DNA of 35,314 nucleotides from an uncultured Bacteroidales bacterium. GTDB taxonomy: Bacteria; Bacteroidota; Bacteroidia; Bacteroidales; CAZSJF01. The stretch spans positions 1 to 35,314 of the forward strand of contig CAZSJF010000003.1 of assembly GCA_964606705.1 (NCBI GenBank), given 5' to 3'. Within the stretch, counting starts at the first letter, position 1, and each line of letters begins with the position of its first letter. Below the pieces are notes generated by a model. The model had not been told where the DNA came from and made no database searches. It was given only the letters and a program-made list of their open reading frames with translations. Both the position numbers and the translations under genes were made by a program. Below, one piece after another: positions 23,561 to 31,744 of this stretch.

Positions 23561-24022
23561 ATGGAAAATAGTAATACAGACAAAATTGATCTTGAGATAA
23601 TCTCGATCATGTTGAAAAATGCAAAAATCACTTACACTGAAATAGCAGAGAAATTGAACATTTCAGTAAGTACTGTTCATGTAAGGATTAAAAAACTTGA
23701 AAATTTGAACATAATAAAAGGATTTAACCTTAACGTGGATTTTGCAAAACTGGGATTAAAATTAACAGCTTTTATCGGATTTATTATAGACCCCAAAGCA
23801 TATAAAAGCATTGCCTCTAAACTACTGCAGATTAAGGAAGTAGTGGATTTCCATTATACTACAGGCAAGTATCATTTGTTTGCCAAGATAATCTGTCGTG
23901 ATACAGATCAGCTCAGAGAAATTTTACAGGAAAAAATAAATATAATTGAAGGGATTGAAAAAACAGAAACTACGATTTCTCTCGGGGAGGTACAATTATT
24001 AAATAGAGACATATCTGTTTAA
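23561..24022 (+). CDS. Lrp/AsnC family transcriptional regulator
   Basis: 153-aa ORF. The N-terminal HTH is DKIDLEIISIMLKNAKITYTEIAEKLNISVSTVHVRIKKLENLNIIKGF, and the C-terminal part has the length and pattern of an RAM/ACT-like domain. Confidence 0.85.
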   Translation: MENSNTDKIDLEIISIMLKNAKITYTEIAEKLNISVSTVHVRIKKLENLNIIKGFNLNVDFAKLGLKLTAFIGFIIDPKAYKSIASKLLQIKEVVDFHYTTGKYHLFAKIICRDTDQLREILQEKINIIEGIEKTETTISLGEVQLLNRDISV

Positions 24023-24063
24023 GTAACATTTATATGCATTTATAACCGCAAATATTTATATTT

Positions 24064-24630
24064 ATGAAGACAATAAAACCGTTGTTGAGCCTGCCTGTCA
24101 TTTTACTTATGGTATTTATATTGTCATGCAATAATGACAAAAAGAACCTTTCACTCATAACTGAAAGGATACAATATGATGTGTTTATTAATACCATTGA
24201 TTCTAACAATTTAGGATGGTGGGTGCAGAATATTGAGGGTGTTAAACGTGAGAAATTTGTGAAATCAATATTAGATATTGCCGCTTCCGGAAAAGTTAAA
24301 GCTTACGATTATAACAATGACCCTCTTACTGTTAATGATGTGAAATCAATATTATGTGAAATAGACAGTGTTCAGCTTCAGAGGCCTTATCCTCCGTATG
24401 AAGAATATGATACCATATTGAAAAATGAAGTTATGGTAAATGATGTTGTTAAGGTCAGATTCATGGAAGAATGGTATATGGATGACAAGAACCTTCAGAT
24501 CAACAAAAAGGTGGCTGGTATAGCCCCTATGGTTAAGAGTTTTGCTCCTGACGGGACTTTCAGAGGGTATAGGTTTTTATTCTGGTTGTATTTTGATAAG
24601 GACTATCCTGCAAAGATAAAGACTGATTAA
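24064..24630 (+). CDS. hypothetical lipoprotein
   Basis: 188-aa ORF with a lipobox (LMVFILSC/NNDKK). I recognise no family. Confidence 0.5.
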   Translation: MKTIKPLLSLPVILLMVFILSCNNDKKNLSLITERIQYDVFINTIDSNNLGWWVQNIEGVKREKFVKSILDIAASGKVKAYDYNNDPLTVNDVKSILCEIDSVQLQRPYPPYEEYDTILKNEVMVNDVVKVRFMEEWYMDDKNLQINKKVAGIAPMVKSFAPDGTFRGYRFLFWLYFDKDYPAKIKTD

Positions 24631-26133
24631 TTATTTGGTCTGTGTATATTTATCAGAAGCAGAAGGATTCATGATTACCTGTACATAATTATCCTTGCTA
24701 AGGTAGTTTACAGCAGCCTCTTTGATATCCTGATCGGAAACATTAAGCATATCTTTGTAATAGTTTTTTATCGGCAGCACTTCTTCATTATTGAAATAAA
24801 CAGATTCCATTTTAGACATCCAGAATTTATTGGTTCTTAAGCCTATCTGCCTTTCCTTTATCAGACCTTCTTTAGCTGCATCGAGGTCTTCCTCGCCAGG
24901 TCCGTTTTTCTGTATGTTCAGGATTTCTTTAAAAACGGTTTTTGAAATCTTAACTGCATTTTTCGGTGCACAGGCATAGGATATTTCAATGGAATATCTT
25001 GCGTCAGGGAACTGTTTTGTGTCGGCAGTCACCTGGAGGTCGGAAATGTCTTCCTGGTTTGCCTGTATGGACTTAAGTATCTGTGCAGAGAGATAATTTG
25101 CCATTATCCGGATACTTAAATTATTTTTAGTACTCCATTGGAATTTGCCCGACATGATGATTGAAGCTGTACTTTTCTGTTCATTGCCGATGTTAATTTC
25201 TACCTCCTTGATCCCTATCGGAAAATCATCAGGGATTCTTTCCCAGTTTTCTTTTTTATCATTAACAGGAAGGGTCCCAAGATAAGTTTCAATCATAGGT
25301 GTGATTTCATTGATATTGAAATCGCCCACAATAAAAAAGTTAAAATCCGATGCATTGGCAAATCTTTCCTGATATATGTTATAAACATCATCAATGTTAA
25401 TATTTTCAATATCCCTGTCCTTTGGAATAACAACAGAATTTGTTTTTCCCGCAGCAATTATTTTGTTCAGCGTATCATTGAATAATGCCACAGGATTTGA
25501 ACTGTTCAGATTTATTTCTTTTTTCTTGTCGGCTGTAAATTTTTTCAGGGCTTCGTCATCTTTACGCGGCTGAGTGAAATACAAATATGTCAGTTCCAGT
25601 AAAGTTTTGATCTCTCCCGTAGAAGAATTACCATTAATACCTTCTTTAATATCATCTATCCACGGTGTGATTTCCACCTTTTTTCCTTCCAGTTTTTCTT
25701 TCAAAGCAGAACTTTCATATTTTCCTATGCCGCTTCTTTTGATAATATCCGGGGAGAAATATGCAGTAATCTGCTTTTCCGGAGTATATACAGAATATCC
25801 ACCTAGACTATATGCAGACAGGAGTACTTCATCTTTTTTCAGGTCGGTATTCTTTAATACAACTTTTACCCCGTTTCCTAACGTCAGTTCGGTGAAACCT
25901 AAATTAACATCGTCTTTTCTGTTGACGACTTTTGACCCTGCAAGACTTTCAGTTACCAGTCCGGCTTTTTCGATATACTGATCAGACAACTGCTCTGTAA
26001 TAGCAGATATCTGATTTTTAGCAGCAGCCGAATCATTTGGTTTCTGTTCATTAGCACTGGGTCCCTGAGCATTGATGTCAAAAAATATAATACTAATGCA
26101 TAAGGCAGATAAAAAAATACGGATTGTCTTCAT
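24631..26133 (-). CDS. M16 (pitrilysin/insulinase)-family non-catalytic homologue, equivalent to the C-terminal half of PqqL-type peptidases
   Basis: The ORF is open to 26169, but the likely start is the ATG at 26133 (MKTIRIFLSALCISIIFFDINAQG signal). The M16 C-terminal-domain pattern is present (FANASDFNFFIVGDFNINEITPMIETYLGTLP; ..EEDLDAAKEGLIKE..). The translated product contains no histidine at all, so it cannot carry the HxxEH zinc site. Confidence 0.6.
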   Translation of the reverse strand: MKTIRIFLSALCISIIFFDINAQGPSANEQKPNDSAAAKNQISAITEQLSDQYIEKAGLVTESLAGSKVVNRKDDVNLGFTELTLGNGVKVVLKNTDLKKDEVLLSAYSLGGYSVYTPEKQITAYFSPDIIKRSGIGKYESSALKEKLEGKKVEITPWIDDIKEGINGNSSTGEIKTLLELTYLYFTQPRKDDEALKKFTADKKKEINLNSSNPVALFNDTLNKIIAAGKTNSVVIPKDRDIENINIDDVYNIYQERFANASDFNFFIVGDFNINEITPMIETYLGTLPVNDKKENWERIPDDFPIGIKEVEINIGNEQKSTASIIMSGKFQWSTKNNLSIRIMANYLSAQILKSIQANQEDISDLQVTADTKQFPDARYSIEISYACAPKNAVKISKTVFKEILNIQKNGPGEEDLDAAKEGLIKERQIGLRTNKFWMSKMESVYFNNEEVLPIKNYYKDMLNVSDQDIKEAAVNYLSKDNYVQVIMNPSASDKYTQTK

Positions 26134-26218
26134 AAAACCCCCGCTTTGATCAAGATTAATATTATTCAATTAGCTGTTATTACGGAAGTTTTGCTTATTT
26201 GGTTACAAAAAACAGTTG

Positions 26219-27274
26219 TTATTGTTGGTCAGATGTTATTGCCGTCTGCTGCAGAATTTCTTCTAAACCTGTTAAATCTATTCTGCAGTCAGCAGTAAAG
26301 ATATTTTCCACAGAGCCGACAGGTTCGGAAAAGAATGCATAGTACTTATGCCGGAAAATGGAAGAAATATTAAAATATACATCGTCCAGATGTTTGTTTT
26401 TGATCTTCAGCGGGTTACTGTGGATCTCGACCACAGTGGACCCCAGTGGCATAAACATCATATTTACAAGGGCGGCGCCATGTTGTGCTACCAGTATTTT
26501 TACATTTTTCATAATACCTATCTGCTCCTGCAAGGACATGTTTTCAAAGTCAACCACAGAGAATCCATATTTCTGCATCAACGATGATGCCTCATCAAAG
26601 TTCACGATCTTACGGCGCCCTGTTCTTTTTACAAAAAGCCTTTCCGGCGATTCAACATGCAGGTTCAGATCGTTATAATGCTTTAGCACCTTATCTCTCA
26701 GTTCGAGTATCACTTCCGGATCATGCTGGCCACCCCATCTTACAAGGCTTGGCAGGGCAAGCCTTTTTACGAATAAAAGCCTGCCGTAAGGCACCAGTTT
26801 GTAATTGCTGATTCCAAGTAATGATAAAGAGTCCTTGATATATCTCAGTTCTTCCATATCTTCCTGAACAATTATCAGAGTGGTGTCTTTTTTAACCTTT
26901 TCAAGAATAAGCAGCCTGGTGAGAGATTCAAATATCCAGTGGAAATAATTGATATATGGCTGATATATAACTGAATACACGCCATCATCAGGAAGCCGCA
27001 TTTTATTTTTTTTCCCCCACCTGGTGATATAACTGAATAATACCGTTTTAAAGGCAGGGTAAAAATATAATTTCCTGTAGGTCTTATAATCGTAACAGCT
27101 CTCCTTTATATACCGGAGATTGCGTATGACAATGCCGTTATATGAGACATGGCAATTCTTTAAAAACAGGACTTTCTGGTCCCGGTAAATATAATGTGTG
27201 TTAAAATATTTCTGCAGTTCAGGCGGAATCTTCGGATAATTAACAGGTAAAGGGGTGTTGACTGTCTTTGGCAT
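26219..27274 (-). CDS. glycosyltransferase family 61 / DUF563-like protein
   Basis: 351-aa ORF with no signal peptide. The C-terminal motif ILVAQHGAALVNMMFMPLGSTVVEI matches the G.HGA.L.N..F.....V.E. signature of GT61/DUF563 enzymes. Confidence 0.55.
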   Translation of the reverse strand: MPKTVNTPLPVNYPKIPPELQKYFNTHYIYRDQKVLFLKNCHVSYNGIVIRNLRYIKESCYDYKTYRKLYFYPAFKTVLFSYITRWGKKNKMRLPDDGVYSVIYQPYINYFHWIFESLTRLLILEKVKKDTTLIIVQEDMEELRYIKDSLSLLGISNYKLVPYGRLLFVKRLALPSLVRWGGQHDPEVILELRDKVLKHYNDLNLHVESPERLFVKRTGRRKIVNFDEASSLMQKYGFSVVDFENMSLQEQIGIMKNVKILVAQHGAALVNMMFMPLGSTVVEIHSNPLKIKNKHLDDVYFNISSIFRHKYYAFFSEPVGSVENIFTADCRIDLTGLEEILQQTAITSDQQ

Positions 27275-27283
27275 TTCTTAAAT

Positions 27284-28132
27284 TTATTTATTCAAAATAC
27301 AACGAACTGAAAAACCATCTTTTTTACTACCTCCATTTGAATATATTTCATGATTATTTATATACAATGTCCATCCAGTATAAAAATCCATTTCAGATGC
27401 CCAAAAGCCACCCATGCTACCGAAATCTTTAAATCTATAATCTCTTCCATCTCGCCAGCCGCTATAAAAAATATTAAACCCTAAAGTGTCAGATTTTATC
27501 AAACTGTTATATGCATTATTACCGGCACCACCAACGTAATTTAATAATGTGTCAAATTCTTCCTTTAAAGGCAAATGTGAGCCTGCAGGGCATATATGTT
27601 GAGCTGTATACCAATTATAAAGCCTTCCATATTTTTTGCAGCTGTCCTCACTATTATTATAACACCCGCTTGTATTTGAATTAGGTAAAGTAAAATTCAA
27701 ATTTTCTGCCATCCATGTCTGGCTGCCTATTTTTACTATTCTATATTTTTTGCAATCTCTTTCATCAGTATAATAGATATCTGTATCCGCCAGTTTTAAA
27801 TCTACTTTGTATTCAAAACTTGTATCTGCAACTTTACATGCATCCTTAGATACATCCCATATGATCTTCTTTCCACTTCCTCCCGGGATATTTTTTCCGA
27901 TATTGCCGGATAACCCTTTTAAAGCTTGTGTCCAGTTACTGTCATTTGACGAATAATATAATTCCACATTATATTCATATTTGCATTTCTTCTCAATAAT
28001 ATCATAAGTAACTATTACATTTTTACTTTGCTGCTGAATATGTACATTCTCTGCTTTTTGAGAAAAACACGATAGAGATATTAATAAATAAGAAGTAATA
28101 TTAAACAGATTCATATTTTTATAAATAATCAT
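27284..28132 (-). CDS. secreted protein with C-terminal FISUMP (Fibrobacter succinogenes major paralogous) domain
   Basis: The ORF is open to a TTG at 28153, and ATG candidates lie at 28132 and 28114. The signal is ..NLFNITSYLLISLSCFSQ. The FISUMP pattern is DERDCKKYRIVKIGSQTWMAENLNF..GRLYNWYTAQHICPAGSHLPLKEEFDTLLNYVGG..GFNIFYSGWR..GGFWAS..GFSVRCI. Confidence 0.7.
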   Translation of the reverse strand: MIIYKNMNLFNITSYLLISLSCFSQKAENVHIQQQSKNVIVTYDIIEKKCKYEYNVELYYSSNDSNWTQALKGLSGNIGKNIPGGSGKKIIWDVSKDACKVADTSFEYKVDLKLADTDIYYTDERDCKKYRIVKIGSQTWMAENLNFTLPNSNTSGCYNNSEDSCKKYGRLYNWYTAQHICPAGSHLPLKEEFDTLLNYVGGAGNNAYNSLIKSDTLGFNIFYSGWRDGRDYRFKDFGSMGGFWASEMDFYTGWTLYINNHEIYSNGGSKKDGFSVRCILNK

Positions 28133-28165
28133 TGAGAGATACGAATTAATCAAAAGAGACGTTTT

Positions 28166-29425
28166 TTATTTATTATTTATTCTATTAAGAATATATTTCA
28201 GCATATCTTTATGTATCATAAAATCTATCATCTTCAGTTTTACATAATCTTCATGAAAGAAATAGTACCCGAAATTTTCACTGCTTTCACCGCAGTTACG
28301 CGAACTTGAACCGGAATCTTTCATTAAAAACCAGTTTTTGCCATTTTTCTCCGTATATCCTACAATATGCAATCCGTGATCATCCCCTGTGGTACTATTG
28401 CTATATCTGAACTGGCGCGCATCTTCATCAATATAATCGGAGGGTATGTCAAAAGTAGGCACAATTGCCGCCTGGACAGAAGGATCCAGCCCTGCTTCGG
28501 AAACATCGCCGCCAACAGCTACAGTATAACCATTCTTAACGGCATTTTTTAAAATATCCATAAATATATCAAGCGGTATATTTATATATTCTTTGCTATG
28601 CCACCAGTTATCAGGAACATCATATTCCACCATTGTGAAATACGGATCCTCTTTCAGAGAAATTACATCATAATAATCGTTAAGGTTTAATTTCAATACA
28701 TCGTTCAGGTATTCATCCGGTGTAATTTCTTTACCGTCAGCAAAAATTTTATCCGGCGCCCGCCCCATATAGAACTCCACAATAGACTTGATGGTTGTAA
28801 TTACCCTCTCTTCATCCCATTCATTATTTTTTTTAACAGAGTTCAGATATGAATTCATTTCTTCAAGCATTTTTGTATGATCGTGGAACTTCTGCCCAGG
28901 CTTGAGCCCTGTATAATCTTCTTCAGGGACAATACCATATAATTTCCATATGCGCGGGACTGCATTTCCTTCAGAGCCTTCATCAAAAAGGGAATTACCT
29001 CTTTCCCGGACAAAACGCTTTGCTTTTTCAACGTATTCCCAGTAAACTGTATACATTTCCGAGAGTTTTACTTCTTTTTTATACAGGCGGTAAACTTCCG
29101 ATTCAAAAAACGAAGTGGCGGAAAAACTCCAGCAGGTACCCGTATTGCCTTGTGAAATCGGTTTGTTACGCCAGCATGAAGTGAACTGGCTCACGGAGTT
29201 AGGAATATCCTTATCACTAAAATCAACTTTAAAGTGTTTTTCGGCAGGAGTATCTTTTTTGTCTTTAACTTCAAATTCTTCAATACCTTTCAGTATGGAA
29301 TTCTTATAATAACCCGCTTTATCCTCTTTAAAAACACCCTTGTCTTTTATTGTGTCCTGTGCTGACAAGTAGTTTGTAAATACCACCAATGATATTACAA
29401 AAAATATAAACCCACATTTTCTCAT
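28166..29425 (-). CDS. secreted C1-family (papain-clan) cysteine peptidase, aminopeptidase C/bleomycin-hydrolase-like
   Basis: 419-aa ORF with signal MRKCGFIFFVISLVVFTNYLSAQ. The catalytic Cys context is NQGNTGTCWSFSATSFFE, the His context is GDDHGLHIVGY, and this is followed by NWFLMKDSG (Asn/Trp). Confidence 0.75.
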   Translation of the reverse strand: MRKCGFIFFVISLVVFTNYLSAQDTIKDKGVFKEDKAGYYKNSILKGIEEFEVKDKKDTPAEKHFKVDFSDKDIPNSVSQFTSCWRNKPISQGNTGTCWSFSATSFFESEVYRLYKKEVKLSEMYTVYWEYVEKAKRFVRERGNSLFDEGSEGNAVPRIWKLYGIVPEEDYTGLKPGQKFHDHTKMLEEMNSYLNSVKKNNEWDEERVITTIKSIVEFYMGRAPDKIFADGKEITPDEYLNDVLKLNLNDYYDVISLKEDPYFTMVEYDVPDNWWHSKEYINIPLDIFMDILKNAVKNGYTVAVGGDVSEAGLDPSVQAAIVPTFDIPSDYIDEDARQFRYSNSTTGDDHGLHIVGYTEKNGKNWFLMKDSGSSSRNCGESSENFGYYFFHEDYVKLKMIDFMIHKDMLKYILNRINNK

Positions 29426-29451
29426 AATACTTTTAAATTTATTTTTGAAAA

Positions 29452-30264
29452 TTATTTCATTTTTTTCAAATGTTTGTTTCCTATCAACGATTTTATCTGT
29501 GTAATGGCAATGCTATTTAGATGTTTTAATCGTTCGCTTTGTTCCAATCTCTGGTGAATTAAAACGGCATTGATACTTTCCATATTTGATAATACAACTA
29601 ATTGCTCAATCGTTGCAGTATCACGAATATTACCCTCTTGTTTTGGGTTTTCATCACGCCATTGTTTAGCGGTCATACCAAACAAAGCGACGTTCAGTAG
29701 ATCGGCTTCGTTAGCATACACAAAATTTATTTGTTGTTTGCTTAATTCTTTCGGAATTAATTTTTCTTTGATGGCATCTGTATGAATGTGGTAATTCACT
29801 TTAGCCAAAGTACGTTGCAAGTTCCATTCTAATTTTAAACGGTCATTCTCGTCTGATTTTAACCGTTGAAACTCTTTGATAAGATAGATTTTGAATTCGG
29901 CACTTACCCACATACCAAATTCAAATGCAATATCAGGATGAGCATAAGTGCCCCCATAACGACCCGTAGTGGCTTTTAATCCCACAGCATTTGTTTTTTC
30001 TTCCCATTCTTTTACACTTATCTTATAATTGTTTAATCCTGCCTGACTTTTAATTATGGCGAATTCGCCATAATTAAAACAGGGGTTATAAACACTTTCC
30101 CAAATACCAAGAAATTCAACGGTGTTACGATTTCTGAGCCAATCAGCAATAAAAAAATCACCATCTTTGGCTTTGAGCATATCAGTTAAAGAGATGTAAT
30201 CAGTATCGTTTTGTTTAATGATTGTTATCTCAATTCCCTTTACTGTAATTGTTTTATTTTTCAT
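29452..30264 (-). CDS. KilA-N domain-containing protein
   Basis: 270-aa ORF. The N-terminal part, ITVKGIEITIIKQNDTDYISLTDMLKAKDG..WLRNRNTVEFLGIWE..GRYGGTYAHPDIAFEFGMWVSAEFKIYLIKEFQRLK, is the KilA-N DNA-binding fold pattern common in Bacteroidota and phage proteins. Confidence 0.8.
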   Translation of the reverse strand: MKNKTITVKGIEITIIKQNDTDYISLTDMLKAKDGDFFIADWLRNRNTVEFLGIWESVYNPCFNYGEFAIIKSQAGLNNYKISVKEWEEKTNAVGLKATTGRYGGTYAHPDIAFEFGMWVSAEFKIYLIKEFQRLKSDENDRLKLEWNLQRTLAKVNYHIHTDAIKEKLIPKELSKQQINFVYANEADLLNVALFGMTAKQWRDENPKQEGNIRDTATIEQLVVLSNMESINAVLIHQRLEQSERLKHLNSIAITQIKSLIGNKHLKKMK

Positions 30265-30317
30265 TTTTTATTGCCAAATTTTATCGGTATGTAGATTCAA
30301 GTAATAACTGCAACTTA

Positions 30318-30788
30318 TCAAAAGAACTCCATATTCTGTTTTGCAGTTATTTTTTCGCAGTAATGGCATCTCAGTTTAAGGTCTTCCTTGGATATTACGC
30401 TGAATTTAGTACTGACCTTTTCTACATTGGTTACGCAGTTGGGGTTAATGCATTTGACAAATTTGACAATGTTGTCAGGTATTGTGACTTTGTTTTTCTC
30501 AACAACCTTGAAATTTTTGATGACAATAAGTGTGGCAGTGGGGGCAACCAGGGCTATCTTGTTCATTTCCTCCGTCTCAAAATACTTATCCTTGACTTTA
30601 ATAATACCCTTCTTGCCATATTTCTTGCTTTCAAGGTTTGTGCCGAAAAGTATAAGGTTTTCAAACCTGTCAAGGTTGAGAATTCTTATAACCTGAAACA
30701 GGCTTTTAGGAGGAATATGGTCTATTACTGTTCCGTTTTCAATTGCTGAAACTGACAGTTCTTTTCTGAGTTCTTCTTTTTTTTCCAT
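30318..30788 (-). CDS. pyrI: aspartate carbamoyltransferase regulatory subunit
   Basis: 156-aa ORF. The motifs are IENGTVIDHIPP and the C-terminal zinc cluster CINPNC...CHYCEK. Its ATG overlaps the pyrB stop (TAATG). Confidence 0.9.
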   Translation of the reverse strand: MEKKEELRKELSVSAIENGTVIDHIPPKSLFQVIRILNLDRFENLILFGTNLESKKYGKKGIIKVKDKYFETEEMNKIALVAPTATLIVIKNFKVVEKNKVTIPDNIVKFVKCINPNCVTNVEKVSTKFSVISKEDLKLRCHYCEKITAKQNMEFF

Positions 30789-31696
30789 TATTTTAATCCC
30801 AGTATTGAAGTTAATAATGCTTGTCTCACATAAACGCCATTCAGCGCCTGTTCAAAATAATATGCTTTTTTATTATCATCAACATCTTCATTTATCTCGT
30901 TAACACGGGGGAGGGGGTGCAATATTTTCAGGTTGTCTTTTGAACCTGCAAGCATGCTGTCCTTAAGAATGTAAGCATTTTTCACTTTTTCATATTCCAT
31001 AGGGTCTGAAAAACGCTCTTTCTGTATCCTTGTCATATAAATAACATCCACTTTAGGTATAACTTCTTCCAGCCCGGTATATTGATGATAATTAAGCTTT
31101 GTTTCTTTTATATGAATTTTGACATAACTGGGCAGTTTCAGTTCCAGAGGAGAAACAAGGTGAAAGGTGCAGTTGAACTGGCATAAGGCAATCACAAGCG
31201 AATGTACTGTCCTTCCGTATTTCAGGTCTCCTACAAAAGCAACGTTGAGGTCTGTCAGCTTTTTCTGGGTTTTTCTTATGGAGTACATGTCCAGCAATGT
31301 CTGTGTAGGGTGCTGGTTTGCCCCGTCGCCTGCATTGATAACAGGGACAGATGAAACCTCGCTTGCATAACGCGCACTGCCTTCTACAGGGTGGCGCATC
31401 ACTATCAGGTCGGAATAGTTGGCCACGGTCTTGATAGTGTCCTTGAGGGATTCCCCTTTTTTCACACTTGAAGAAGATGCGTCGGCAAAGCCTATGACCT
31501 TGCCTCCGAGCATACTTACAGCACTTTCGAAGCTGAGCCTTGTCCTTGTCGAAGGTTCAAAAAATAATGAAGCAATAACGTGATTTTCCAGAATTTTCTG
31601 CTTTGGCTTCTTTTCAAATTCCTCTGCAATGTCCAGAATTTTCAGCTGTTCTTCTTTAGTGTAATCACTGATTGATACTAAACTTTTATTTTTCAT
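30788..31696 (-). CDS. pyrB: aspartate carbamoyltransferase catalytic subunit
   Basis: The motifs [19 protein letters not shown] and ILHPLPRV are present. The ORF track starts at a TTG at 31729 inside a terminator hairpin, so I use the ATG at 31696 ([12 protein letters not shown]). Confidence 0.92.
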   Translation of the reverse strand: MKNKSLVSISDYTKEEQLKILDIAEEFEKKPKQKILENHVIASLFFEPSTRTRLSFESAVSMLGGKVIGFADASSSSVKKGESLKDTIKTVANYSDLIVMRHPVEGSARYASEVSSVPVINAGDGANQHPTQTLLDMYSIRKTQKKLTDLNVAFVGDLKYGRTVHSLVIALCQFNCTFHLVSPLELKLPSYVKIHIKETKLNYHQYTGLEEVIPKVDVIYMTRIQKERFSDPMEYEKVKNAYILKDSMLAGSKDNLKILHPLPRVNEINEDVDDNKKAYYFEQALNGVYVRQALLTSILGLK

Positions 31697-31712
31697 CTTA
31701 CATAATATTAAT

Positions 31713-31739
31713 AAAAAAGGCAACTTCAACAGTTGCCTT
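31713..31739 (-). terminator. intrinsic terminator / possible attenuator between the cpgS-like gene and pyrB
   Basis: The minus strand reads AAGGCAACT-GTTGA-AGTTGCCTT followed by TTTTAT. This is a perfect 9-bp stem (31717-31725 with 31731-31739), a 5-nt loop and a 6-T run. It begins 6 nt after the stop at 31745 and ends 16 nt before the pyrB ATG. Confidence 0.7.
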
Positions 31740-31744
31740 CAAAA

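Noticed and set aside
29426-30317. The KilA-N gene as evidence of a prophage or integrated element.
   Set aside because: No integrase, att-like direct repeats, tRNA target or phage structural genes are visible in the flanks. It is reported only as an orphan gene.
31697-31729. TTG-initiated extension ([11 protein letters not shown]) of pyrB.
   Set aside because: The TTG lies inside the loop of the terminator hairpin. ATCase homology starts after the ATG at 31696.
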